Source: Leidyana gryllorum EB-2025a
Lineage: Eukaryota; Protista; Apicomplexa
Assembly: GCA_048772705.1 (NCBI GenBank)
Contig: JBLWGC010000224.1
Location: forward strand, 186,001-250,000
Length of the DNA stretch: 64,000 nucleotides
Direction: 5' to 3'
Position 1 is the first letter of the stretch, and the number at the start of each line of letters is the position of its first letter. Below are positions 45,201-58,021 of this stretch, one piece after another. The position numbers were made by a program, and so were the translations under genes. Under the pieces are notes generated by a model. The model did no database searches, was not told the DNA's origin, and saw only the letters and a list, made by a program, of their open reading frames with translations.

Positions 45201-45979
45201 GCGCGTCGCGTTCGACAATGTCTCCGACTTACACTGCCCGGCGAGTTGTGTCATTATCGTTGGATCGTCGATGCGTGAAAAGCACGCCCGCATCCTCAGC
45301 AACTTCGCATTTGTCAAACGACAGCCTCATAAGAGCCGGGAACGTCGACGCGGGTCTCGATCGCAGCTTGTTAGCACACACAGCACGCGCCTTGCTTTTG
45401 AGGCATTTGGAGAACAGACCAGGTCGGCCGCCTCGACCCCCTCAACAACAGCAGCAGCAGCCATCTTCTTGTCACCGGAAGCAGTCGTCGTCGTCTCAGC
45501 AGCAGCAGCAGCAGAGTCATCGAAGTACTCCCGAAGAGGCAGATTTCGTTCGTTTTTTGGAGGAGAGCCAGCATCGTAGAGGTCGGAGGCGCAGTCGGAG
45601 AGCGGCGAGGCCGTCTTCGACTCCGCCCGAGCTTTGTTGCGTTGTTGGAAACCGTATAATCCGAGTATCTGCTGCTGCTGCTCCTGTAGGACCATCAGAT
45701 CCTCCATCACTGATCAGTTCCACATCCTCAAGTTGTTGTTCGGACAGCAGCGACGCCGCAGCTCAGTTCTTCTTAGCCAGTACGCCTGGTGGTGGTGACG
45801 AAACCGAGCTTACCTTCCCGTCTTTCAGCTCTGACCTCAGTTCCAGCAGCTCGCCATTTGATGACCTCTCGTCCCATGTTGTTCGCCCGCCGAATCGGAG
45901 GCGCTGTCAGTGTCGCACACCAGCAGTGGGAATAGTCAAGGTCCATCGGAGGACCTGTGCACAGCCAAGAGAGCCCTAG
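42271..45979 (+). CDS. Large single-pass membrane protein: poly-Thr/acidic/His-Trp-rich N-region, TM helix, long Ser/Pro/Cys-rich disordered tail
   Basis: 1177-aa ORF; TM LMVMGILSGTVVVLSSFLLLLLCML followed by ARQTRRRR; candidate intron 42391-42442 adds an upstream exon. The 5' end is uncertain. Confidence 0.65.
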
Positions 45980-46154
45980 TCTAAAAATCGATATATATGA
46001 AAGCCAGTTTTACTTGCAGATCAGTTTTCGAACAACTTCTCACCTATACATTGAGATACATACACATACATATTCATCAAGTTGACATCAACAGCAGACC
46101 ATCAGACAGGTTGCAGACGGAGGGGAAGAAATATGTAGTCTCAGCCACCAGGTG

Positions 46155-46631
46155 CTAAAAGTAACGCACAGCCACACACTCAGACAGCAGCGTTGAAGAC
46201 AGTGTTGCATAACATGGAGATTTCGCATCGGTCCATTCTTGTAAGCATAGATCGTAGGTATTGGGTCTCGCCGGGAAGGACAGCCTCTTCTTGCAGGCGG
46301 TTAATAGCGATTGAGCCGCGTTTCGGGCAGTTTGGTCAAACACCAGCCATCGATCTTCTTCGGCTTCATTGGTATTTTCCTCGACCTCTTCGTCTCTTCG
46401 TGGTGTTGTTGAAACTGGAAGTGTTGCGGGAGTCGACTTCATCATCAGCTGGTCATTCCCACTAACAATGGTCAGCTCGTGGAGATCGATCGGGCTGTAG
46501 GCACTTGACACGCTATCTTTGCGAAGTACCCGTACGTCTCCATTCAGCATTTCGAGCTCGGGAATCACCAGAAAGCGATCACCCACACTCAATTGAACAA
46601 GTGGAAGCAGTAGCGAGAGTCGCAGCATCAT
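46155..46631 (-). CDS. Small secreted protein with a 4-Cys C-terminal module
   Basis: Signal peptide MMLRLSLLLPLVQLSVG; C-terminal ACKK..LCLQ..PCYA..ECV. Confidence 0.55.
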   Translation of the reverse strand: MMLRLSLLLPLVQLSVGDRFLVIPELEMLNGDVRVLRKDSVSSAYSPIDLHELTIVSGNDQLMMKSTPATLPVSTTPRRDEEVEENTNEAEEDRWLVFDQTARNAAQSLLTACKKRLSFPARPNTYDLCLQEWTDAKSPCYATLSSTLLSECVAVRYF

Positions 46632-46664
46632 AAGACCAAAAACGCGCACAGCACGCAAATCTAT

Positions 46665-48316
46665 CTAGACGAACGCTGTCAATGCCCAGGGACGCCGCAC
46701 CGGTGTGTACGGACCGAAACGAGCTCCGAGTAAATTAGCTGAAAGTGTTCCAACCGCCCATGACATTGGAGGTACCAGAGGGCTCCATAATCCAACATTC
46801 GGCCGCCCGAACCCACTCACGATTTGGACCAGCCACAAGCACGCCACGATCCCAACAAACCCCAGGATCTCATTCCGATTATGCAATGCCATACACCACC
46901 TGCACAGTACAGTAAGTAAGTGGTACAACAACAGGGATCAAACAGAAAGGGCACACACTGTGGCAAAAGGGGACCAGATACACTCGGGTGGAACGACAAA
47001 GGAAGACACCCCACAGCCGAAGAAAGACTGACAGACAGACGGAGAGAGAGGAGAAGGAGACACTCTGTAGTTACCCAGCAGATATCAGGGGCGCGTATGT
47101 TAGTGGCAATGATATCAGCGCTACCACGGTTTGCACTCTGCTCGTGAATGCCGTACTCGACGTGGCGATGCAGGCCAAACAGCCACACAGCGAGCATCCG
47201 TAAACGTAAGATTTGCGAGGCAGTGTTCTCAGCCTTGTCGGCCAACAGACAATCATTACGCTGACAGTCTGAGGGAGAGGTCGCCATGAGAGAGCAAGAC
47301 AGATCCTCACCACCCAAATACAGCCCATCAAAAATAAGCTTGGGACAGCGATGGAAGATATACTAGAAATGCAGCCAACAAAGGTCGGGGTACATGGCTC
47401 ATCATATTCCATAGGATGTGCGAGTTCTCCCCCTCGTAACAGTGTTAAATAAATGAAGGACATTGAACCTCCCCCGAAAGACACCGACGCCGCCGCGGCT
47501 GTATACACATATGGGAGATCTCTTGAACCAAAACCGACCTGAAATTCGCAATAATCGTCCCAAAGTAACCTGTCGACCCTGGTCCGTGGTGAAGTCAGAT
47601 CGGCAGAAGGCCATGGCAAACAGGATACCCAGAAAGCTCCCTTGAACCACATGTACGAGTCCTAGTGTGTCCATCGAGAGGAAGAACAGTGTTACTCCCA
47701 GGAAGATCTGCGCATAAACAACTTGCCCCGGAAGCACCGTAAGGGTGAGGGCAGATAGCCCAGAGCACACACACAAACACACACGGAGACATGCGTCGCG
47801 GGCAGGAACAACGTTATCAGCTCATTACGGCGGGACGGGAGGACGATGATTGGATACAGACGGCACAAGACGCGATGATCGCTTTCAGATCTCGATTATC
47901 GAGTCGTGGGGGTGGAGGATTGGTGTGAGCGGTGGTTGGTGGTTCGAAATACTGATGCGACCGGACAGATGCAGAGCCAAACGACGTTGAGGGTGGACTG
48001 ACATGGATCGCGGCGCCGAAGGCCGTCGCTGAGGTAGCCGCAAGATTAGTTATAGCCCATTTTCTTCTCTGTTGGGATGGAGGGCTGGGCGGCGGCTGTG
48101 GCGAATTGTGAGCAGCATTCGGAGAACTAGGGGCTTCGTCAGAGGCGGCCTGCTGAGTCACTGCGGCTTATGTTTCAAAGTGTCCGGACTGCTCTTCACC
48201 TCCAAGTCTTTCTCATCTTCAACTGAGGTCACATCCATGGGAAAAATCTCAGATGTTTGGGGGCCATGAGAATCTGACTTCTTGTTGCGGCCTCTCGCTT
48301 TGTCGGCTACTACCAT
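46665..48316 (-). CDS. Hypothetical polytopic membrane protein, multi-exon
   Basis: Ser/Pro-rich N-terminal ORF followed by a chain of hydrophobic ORFs separated by short candidate introns. The start could be 48316 or 48238. Confidence 0.5.
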
Positions 48317-49338
48317 TGACGTTCTCCGCTATCCACGTAAGAAGGTCCCAACACGCAGCAGCATGAATAAGAGTTGCAGTGCCTTGTTGCTATAGCGGCC
48401 GGATTTTTGTTGGAAGGGGTACCGAAGAGCTTCGCATTAGGAGTCGGCACAGTGCAGGCGACATGCTTTCTACTTTTATCATTCTGTTGGACTTCGCGTG
48501 ATCGGCATGGGGCCTCTCTGGCGCACGCTCAGACTTTCTTAGGTAATCTTTGGTTGGGGCCGAAGGGGAGTATCTGCCTGACGCTATCCAGGACTTTTCG
48601 GTTCCCAGTTATTGACTTTGGCTCTGGCGGCTTCTTGCGTGAATTGGCTGACGATAACTCGTCATTGGTCGAGCAGTTCGCTCCTGCTGGGGGTGACGCA
48701 GGAGATGTGTGAAATGTATTCGGTTTTCGGCTGCCTGTACCAAGTACCCAACGTTTTGGTTGTCATCTATTGTGGTGTCGCTGCGATCGATCTCGTGAGT
48801 CTGCAGAGCATTGAATGACGCTTGTTTGGTTTCTTCTCTCCAGTTGGCACAAATCACAATTTTGGTATTCGTGAAGTCTGCCAGACGCAGGTTCGCACCT
48901 TGTTGGGGTTTAGTTTTCATTATATTGAGTGGACATTTATGTCTGTTATGTGGAGCCTTGTTAACGGGCGGCTCAGTGACCTTAATGCTGCTTGGATTTC
49001 TGTTCTCGCAATTGGCTTTCTTGCCACTACTTTCTGTCTGGTGGTTCGAAACTTTGTCCAGGAGGCCGAACAACACCGCCATTGTAGCGGGCATTGCCAC
49101 CGTTGCCTTATTGGGCACTGCCTTCTGCTCTGGAGTCGAAACCTTGGATACCTACATGTGGTTGGCTTTGACGCTGACTTCGTATGGGTCGTGTCTGGCT
49201 GGCACCAGTGTTGCACGATGGACGGTTGAACTGCGACCGTTACGTAGAGTTTCGAGCGGAGTTAGCGACATATGCTTGCATCCCGTACCCCTTGCCACTC
49301 CCGAACCTATGGTGATACCCAATGCTTACAAGGTTTGA
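48253..49338 (+). CDS. Hypothetical polytopic membrane protein, multi-exon
   Basis: Hydrophobic ORFs 48374-, 48612- and 48811-49338 with GT-AG junctions. The start is tentative. Confidence 0.45.
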
Positions 49339-49374
49339 AGGGCCAAATTTTTTTTGACGGTTCAGTGGCTGGCC

Positions 49375-52300
49375 ATGGTCAAGGCGTACCTTGCCCACCG
49401 TCATTTGGACACCTTCGGAGCGGTGGTCAGTCCGTCGTGCAACATTGTTTGCCACCCCACCCGGCTCCTCTGTTTCACTGGCGGCAACGAAGCCGTTTTG
49501 ATATGGGGCTTGAAGGACAATGGCCACCCAACAAAATTGTTGGTCCCCCCCAATCCCGTGGAAGGCGTGCCGAGATATGACAGTGTGACACAGATCGCGC
49601 CCATAGCACCGGTCAGAGGTACTTCAGACGTCATAGTTGGCTATTCCAACGGTGATATTCGTCAATGGGATTTTGACAAGAAAACAGTCACAGCTCGGTT
49701 CCAAGGACATAAAGGACCCATCACAGCCCTCGTACAGAGCTGTAATGGTGAAATGATGGCCTCCGGCGCAAGCGATCATGATATCATCCTTTGGGATATC
49801 TTCCAAAACTCTGCCCGCTTCCGACTAATTGGACACACAATGCCAGTCACGGCTCTTCAATTCCTTTATCCCCTGGTGGAGGAACACGATGACTATCGCA
49901 AATTTGGGGGCAATCCCACTCACCTCCTCAGTGGCTCCTTGGACGGCCACATCCGTTTATGGCACCTAGAATCCCAAAGATGTGTACAGGTCATCTCCAC
50001 ACACTGCACTGGCGCCGTGCAATCAATGCTCCTCATGCCCGATCAGACCCATCTCGTCATCGGATTGGCGAGTCGAAACCTCGAAGTATTCTCAATTCGT
50101 TCCCGGAACGACCAGAAAGGCGACGACCGTACCACCCTCGATGCTGATTACGTGCTAGAGTACTCCGGCGGCTTACAGCGCCATTCTGCAGCTCGCAAAG
50201 TCTCATCTTTGGTACTTATGGGAGCCGCTGGCCGTGAGGACCAACCGCCTCTCCCCTCCGGCCATTCCACCCTTTCCACGCTACCGGACGGCACTTTGGT
50301 CAACGACGAAGGCACTGAACGATACGTCTACGACCAAAGAGCTCTACTTTTTGTCGGCGCATACTCAAAACAACTCGAGATCGTTCAGGTGAACGATGTT
50401 AGATTACAGCAGCGCCGTCAACTCCGGATACTCCTCCGTCGAATCGAAAAACTCAAGAAGAAGAGCAACAAGCTCAAACAGGGTGGTGACATTGACAATG
50501 AGTTACGAGCTCTCTTAGGACCCGATTGGAGGTCAGTGCATGCTGACTCCGAATCCAAGAAGATCAGCGATATCGATCGGGCCTTGAAAGTCCTCAAAGG
50601 GGCGGTGTCCAAACGCTCGACTTTGCCCAAAACAGAGTCTAAATCTGACACCTCCACTGTTGATACCCCGCAAAAGACTTCCAAGAAGAGGAAGTCAGCT
50701 GACACTCCAGTCCAAGAGAGCAGCACTGAGGCACCAGAAGAGGACTCCAGTACGAGTTTGCTGACATCCACAAGTGCTTCGGTGACCTTCTCAATGATGA
50801 CTGAGCGCTTCGAAGTGATCGATCGGGTGGTCTCCATGGGTCTGCACAACCGAACCCTTACAGTTGGCACCACCCACAATACATTGGAGGCTTATACGCT
50901 TGATGCTGATGCGTTCTTCAGCAACGACGACGACAACAAGTATACACTGGTTCAACGTTCGGCAAATACCCGGGCGCGTCTGGGCCTTTCGGATGGCCTG
51001 AATGAGGTCGCCACTCATCTGGCCGTCTCGCACGATGACCGAACACTGATGTCTCTATCAACAGGGGTGAGTCGCAATTCATTTGTGAGCCACACACGTG
51101 TGGCGGCGGGTTGACCGAATCAACTATACATCTGCTGCGCGCCCATGTCTTCTGACTTCAACCACTGCAACAATCTTTCCCTTCTCCTCAGCAAATTGGT
51201 ATCTGGGATATCCACGAAAGGCGAGCCAGGTTGAGATTGGACGCGACAAATGTTGACGTCGGGAAGGACTACAAACCATTATGTGGCTTCTTCCTGGCTG
51301 GTAACGACTTGATAATGGTTGGGGACTCAAAGGGATGCTTGACTGTTTTCCATCTCCCCTCTGTTACGCAAGTGTGCCAACAACAGGTGCACGAGGGTTC
51401 CATCGTTGCCTTATGCAATCATCCCCACCACATCGGTTTCGTTTCCGTTGGGGCGGACTTGAAGATGCGGACGTATCAGTTCGTCCTGTCCGAGGAGGCT
51501 GAGGGAAAATCCAAGTTGGATTTCGAGCTTTTGGAGGAGATTGAGTTGCCAGACCGGCCTCACGATGTCAAATACAGCCACAATGGAGACTACATTGCGG
51601 TGGCAATGGCTAACAATTCTGCACAGGTCTTCTATGCAGATACGTTGAAGCTGCGCCTAACGTTGTATGGCCACAGTCTACCGGTGACATCGATCGCATG
51701 GTCGACTGACGGCCAGATGTTGGCAACCGGCAGCATGGATCGGCATATAAAGGTTTGGGACACGGAGTTCGGCAACATTCTCCGGTCTCTGCCTGCGTTG
51801 AGGAGAGGATTCATAACTCGGGTCGCTTTTGCGTTTGACACGCACTATATAATGAGCGCACATTCGGACGGGACGCTAAAACTGTTCGATTGTGACTCTG
51901 GAGAGCGTATCACTACCCTGGGGGGTACGGGTGTTGGCGGAGGTCCCGAGTTAAAGGGTCTGGCAACAACTCAGGACAGCGACCTGATATTCGCTTCTGG
52001 GTCGGATCGTACCATTAAAGTGTGGGAGCGGACGTCGGAGCAGATGTTTTTGGTAGAAGAGCGAGCGCGAGAAGAGAACGCCGCAATGCTCAATGAAATG
52101 GCGCGTGCTGATGTGGATTTGCCGACGGCGGGTACGCGGGATGTTATAGCGAGTGATCGCCCGACAAAGAAGGGGATTGAGACTGTGCGGGATACCGAGC
52201 AGCTAATCGAGGCTATTGAGTTGGCTGAGGCAGAGAGGGTGAATCGTGAGGGGTATTTGAAGGCAGTTGAAGACTGGAAGAAGTCTTCTTTCCAGATAGC

Positions 52301-52898
52301 GGTCGCCAAGCCGCCTCAGCCATCTCCTAAGCCGGAGCTGCTGGGAAAATCACCCCAGGAATACATTTTGGCAAATCTCGCGACCCTAAGAAGGGATTCC
52401 ATGAACGAAGTACTGTTGGGTCTGCCCTTTGAGCACGCACTGAAAGTAAGTGGACAGCCCGAACACGTGTCTGCTATATTCAATTTCGCTCTGTCAGTTG
52501 GTGCGCTATGTAACGAATGCCTTGGAAGAATTCTGTGTCTGCTTAGACGAGAGCGCTACAGCAGCTCCGTTGCTGATGATGAACGCAGAGACCGCTTGTC
52601 GCATTGCTTCCACTATTGTGCACGCTCACAGAAGGTAAGACTCCTGTCATAGTGACGGAGACACACGCAATTTGTTTGTGACAGATTCTTGGGATCCGCG
52701 CGAGAGCATCGGGAGTTGTTGGTGCGACTGGCTAAAGCGAGTCGAACTGCGATAAATTACGAGCTGGTGAGTGTACAGAGTTTGTTTGTGTGTTCGAGGA
52801 ATATCAATCGGCCATTTTAGGATTTTGTTCGTAGAAACGTCGTGGCTACGGGTTTCTTGGGCCACGTGTGCGCTGGCAGACTAGTTACGCAGAGCTAA
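49375..52898 (+). CDS. UTP12: UTP12/DIP2/WDR3 SSU-processome WD40 protein
   Basis: N-terminus MVKAYL..TFGAVVS; WD repeats; VFYADTLKLRLTLYGHSLPVTSI, ATGSMDRHIKVWDTEFG, EQMFLVEERAREE, LLGLPFEHAL (Utp12 domain). Confidence 0.92.
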
Positions 52899-52930
52899 GA
52901 TCAACAGACTGATGCATACCTGCTGCCACT

Positions 52931-55900
52931 TTATATGCACATCATCAACTCGGGACAGCTATAGTCATTGTTCTCGTCATTGGGAAGCGCTGGGTAAAAC
53001 GCAACCAAAGCGTCATTATGCCCAATATAGACACTGTTATATATCCGCCAATACACTTCCCGTACCTGCAATTCAGTTTGACACATTTGTTAATTTATAT
53101 ATCGCACTCACCCTTCTGGCGGGATGGAAGAGCCCTTGAAGGAGGTACTGCAGCATGACAGCGGGTCCCAAAGAGACCCGGAAGCCGCTGATGGCGTCGA
53201 AGGTTGCCTGAATCAGATGTGAGGCGGTCTCGAAGATGTTGGGCCAAACAAAGTTCAGCAGGTGTTGAAGTGCGTCCTCACGACTCAGTCCATGAACACC
53301 TGAAAAGCAATACTGTGATAGCCGTTTTGTTCTTCACTCTTACCCAATGCCAGATGCTTGCAGGTCCATGCGGCAGTCTGACGATGAACTATGTCCCGGT
53401 CCATCAGCGCGTCGCTGAGAAGGGGAGTGACTGCGTAGGCATAGTCACGTCCCATTTCTCCGATATATTCGAACAAGAAAGACAGAGCTTTGAGGACGCC
53501 ATGTTGCACATTGACATCCGGAATCCTGCGAGGAGAAGATAAACAAAGGCAGCAAGCAGACCAAACACTTACTTGTACTCGTTCATGAGAGCTGGTAGAA
53601 CTGTGTACGGAAGACAGGTTTCGGCGACAATGGCAATGGCCACAGTGGTACACACACGGAGTTGGCGTTCTTGGACCCGCAGATTATTGAGGAGTGTAAC
53701 AATGACATCGTGGGGACCGATGGTCCGCGCAATGTACCCAAAAGTGTTGACCGTGGCTCTTCTGATGGCCTTCTTATGTGCCTTGAGGAGCTCCAGGAGG
53801 TCAAAGCAAATTCTATCCCATTCTTTAGGAGAGACCAAATCGCCTCCTCGATCGGCAATTCTGCGTGATGATTGATGAGTGAGTGTTAAGGGGTCTGTGT
53901 GTCTGCCTACCGTCCGATGAGGTCTATTACGTTCTCCTGCACCTTCTCATGTCTGTTTCGTAAGATTGGTGTCAGGCGCGGCAAGAGGTCTTTGATAGAA
54001 GGCGTCATACTCCGGATACTGATGACATTGATGATGGACTTGAGTGCACATAGGATGGATCCGAGGACCTCTGGGTACTCTTCACCCAGAAACTCGTACA
54101 GGAAAAGCCCAAAATGGGCCAATATCTGTTCCTCTTCACACTTCTTGATGACTCCCGCGATCCGACTGACCACATCAGCCGCTTGTTGGCGGATTCGGGC
54201 ACTCGGAGTGTTCAACCGCCATCTTATGATGCCTGAGTGACAAGTGGAATACGTGTGTGCACACACGCGCGAGGCTTACCTGCAATTTGCTTTAGATAGG
54301 GCTTGACACGAATACCCAAAGCATTGACGATACTTCCAAAGGCATTGAGGACAGTACTTGTTTCCTCATTGGTTTGGTCCTGGAAACAGAGTACAAGACG
54401 ATCGATCAATGCCTCCTCGAGCTTCTGGTCAATGTCGGCGACTCCCAAATTGAGGACAATCTGTTCGGCAACCTCGAGGGCCATCCGTCGGAAGTTCTCA
54501 TTTTGGTCTCTAAGAGGTTCCAGTAGTCGGCCCAGAATCTCTGCACCCCCAACTTTGTTTGCCAACTCAACGGTAGTCTCAACAACTTGTTTACGATTAG
54601 CTCGGTCCACTGCGTTCCGGACGACCAGGAAGGACTGACAGTACAGTGGAAGGATTTCGCGGACGATGTACTGTGCGTCAACTCCTTCGGTCGCGACACA
54701 GAGCTTGACAACTTTGAGGACTATCTTTTTCATCTCCTCATCGGGGGTGCTAAACTCGCGCCGTACGATCTGCATTACTTCCTTTGTGTACGTGTTGGCG
54801 TGCTCGCCCTCCATCAAGGGGATGATTAGCCCAATGGCTTTGAGAAAAGCGGCCAGCCCCTTCCCGCGGTACTCCTGGATGCCTTGCCATAAGGGACGCA
54901 CGACACAGTCAAAGGCCTCAATACCGTAGGGGTAGCTCGCTTCAGCCAAGGCCGCCAAAGCCAGAGCAGTGATTGTACGCACTTTCTGCTGCTCGTCTTG
55001 CAGCCCGTGAGCGATAATCTCAACCAAATGCTTGAGGTGCGGTAACACCGCACAACCCATCAGTATAGCTATCTGTTGAACAATCTTTATACCCGTGTGC
55101 CGTGCTTGCCAACTCTTCTTGGACTGACACACCGCCTTGAGAAAAAGTATCAAGCTCGGAATCCCCAAAGCAGACGCTACCACAGCGAAAGCCCGAGCAG
55201 TCGTGTTCCGTACGTACTCATCAGGGTGATCAATGTCAGGCCGCATTGTCGCGATCATTGAAGCCAACCCAGCAGCCTTCGCGAGGTTCGATATGATCTC
55301 ACGGCCTTCCACTCGCGCATAATAGTCTTCGTCTATCAGGAGGGGCTCAATAACTACTAAGATTTTGTGTACAAAAGGGCGGACCAAGTCATCCAATTTA
55401 TATAGCACACGGTCAATCACTTTGACCAACAGATGCCGCTCCTGATCTTCAGCTGCACTCTGCATCATCAGAGGTAATATCTGATTGAACAGAGGAGCCG
55501 GACCGAACTCTCGGGCCTTCTCAGTGATCTGCTTCAACGCCGCTCTCCGTAAGGGGGGGGTTCCGTTCTTGATCTTTAGCAACAGCGCCGCTATACGCCG
55601 CTCCTTCAACTCGTCAACACTCAAGGTGTCCTCATCAACGTTCTCGAACAGCTTATGGAAGAAATCATAATCTTCCTTCTTCAGACTTAAGTCATTCACG
55701 TTTATGTCCGGAGCTCCGGGAATGTGCGTGATTTCACTTGGCAATTCATACAGAGGCGTTTGGTCGCCACCCATTGCCGTATAATCAACTCGAGGCTTCG
55801 TCGCTGGCACATAGCCAGGAGGAGGCTGCACAACCTCATAACCCTCAGTAGGGAGGATTTCGTCTAATTCCTCGTCACTCAAAGGCTTGTTCCGTGGGTC

Positions 55901-56233
55901 TAACATCATAGCGGCCTGGGTAGCACTCGCCGCAGATACACCACCACCCAGCGGTGTCATTGGCGTTCCAATACCGGTCATCCCGGGCGCCGCCAAAGGA
56001 GTAACTCCGGGACCTCCGAGGTCGGTTCCCCCTCCCATGTCCCATCGACTCCTCTTCACCGCCCCGGACTCCTCCACTATCGCAGCAATTGGGGTGGCCA
56101 CATCTGCGCCGGATATACCCACCACAGGTGTTTCTCCATTAATGGTGTCCTCTTCGAGCCGCCTTTTCTTCCGATTACGCTCCTCTTCATTCGATACAGC
56201 GCCAATAACTGGCGTATCCCACTTCGAAGACAT
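52931..56233 (-). CDS. SF3B1: Splicing factor 3B subunit 1
   Basis: [82 protein letters not shown]|VREVYW. Confidence 0.97.
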
Positions 56234-56252
56234 CCTGGAGCCGCCCAAAAAT

Positions 56253-57929
56253 TTATTCGCTGCATTCCTTGAAGGCCCATACTTTAATCTGCCTGAGATG
56301 TGAATCTTCTCCGTTCAACCTGTTAGCGTTAATCCGTATCTGAAGCACCCGTGCTGGACAGAAACACAACGACAGCCGCTTGCAATCTGCCGCGTTAAAC
56401 TCCTTGGCTCCGCTTAATTCCCTTCTTATTTGACACGTGGTATCTATCCACTTTGACGCCACCACCTCCCAAAGTGCTACTGGCTCCGGCTTGCTGCCCC
56501 CGGACTTGTCTGAAACGTCGCTTTTGCGATGCATCCGCATCTTCAGAGGAACAAAGCGTCGGGAATGCCTGTGGTGGCTGTGCCTTGGAGTAAAAGTTTC
56601 TGACTGCATCTCCAGACTGTCGCTATCAGCTCCTTCGGCACTCGGATGTCCGGCACTCGCGTCCACATCATCCGTGAGGACCACAGCAACTTCTTCCATA
56701 CTATCGTCGTCGTCGAACGGTAGGCGAGTTCGATCTAAGCCCGGACCCCCAAAGTCTGGAACACGTGTGTGCAAGGGTTCCCCGATCGGGAAGGGCGCGT
56801 CTGGCGTCAGCCCGATACTGGGGTATGAGTGCGAGCTAAAGTCTATCGTAGGTGCCCTAGGATCCGGGCTCCTTTCGCGTGACCTGCCTGGGGCAGGCGT
56901 CAGATTATTCGCTCCTCCAAAGTTCGTTGGCTGTTGGACGGGTGTTCCTGGTTGTGTTTCGTCAGTATCATCGTTGGTGGCTGCAAATGCAGGCGCTTCG
57001 TGGGGCGGCATCAGAAGAGGTGTGGTATCCGGTGCGTCATTATGCTGATGTCCCAGGTTGAAGTCGCGGAAGATATGTGCGTCTCCCACAAAGGCGCGAG
57101 CGAAGTTATTGTGCAGGGAGCTTCTGGCAGGGATTGGGGTCGATTCAGGGGAGCGTTCGAAATGGAACCAGGCTGAATCCATGGAGGGTTGTCGGACAGG
57201 CGATAGTGCGGCAGTTTGATTTGCTGTGGGAGTTGTTGAGGTTCGTGAGCGGGTGACGGGGCGCAGATGTCGCATGAAACGGTGAATAGTTCCCGCTGCT
57301 CGACGCAAGCGGGAGTGTAATACCTCTAACTGTCGTTCGCGATGTAAGAAGGAATCAGGATTGAGAAAAGCATCGTGTACAGTGTCAAGGTGTCGGGTAA
57401 TGGGAGATTCCTCGCTCAGTCTGCTGCTAGGGGTCATCAGACGAAGACGGCACAATCGATGATACGGAATGTGCCTTTCCATGACGAAATTGGATATGTA
57501 TGTGACCGGATCCAACCAGAGCTGCTGCCAGCCCTCCAAGCGGTCTTGATCGAATCTGACTAGAAAGACTTGTGTCTGATAGGGACATGAAAGATGTGGA
57601 AGGGCCCGCGCACCCGGTCACACACTCACTGTTAAAGAGCTTTTGTCCGGACCCAGTCCAATCTGAAACTCTGTGGGAGTGTATGTTTCGTCGAATTGTG
57701 TTTCAACGTGTATGTCCACTCTCGCTATTCGCTTGGTCTTTGAGAAGTGTGCAGTGACCGTATGCGGAAGCTTGTGATCGGTTTGGCAAAATGTTGTTTC
57801 ATCTCCATCCAGAAGCCGAGTCACACCGGCGCTGCTGCGAGCAGAGCTCAGTTCCCACACAGCTTCTTGGGTAACATCTTCGAGGAAAAAATCCTTGACC
57901 AACGGGGGGTTCCACCTTCCAGGGGTCAT
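56253..57929 (-). CDS. APC10: APC10/DOC1 homolog with a very large internal insertion, 2 exons
   Basis: [41 protein letters not shown], and finally [23 protein letters not shown]. Confidence 0.8.
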
Positions 57930-58021
57930 CGTCGCACACGCCGGCACTGCACCCTCCCTACCGGCCGTCCAGCAGGTCGTCTTGTATTTGCTGTTGGAAA
58001 AATCATCAAGGCGACCAGTAA

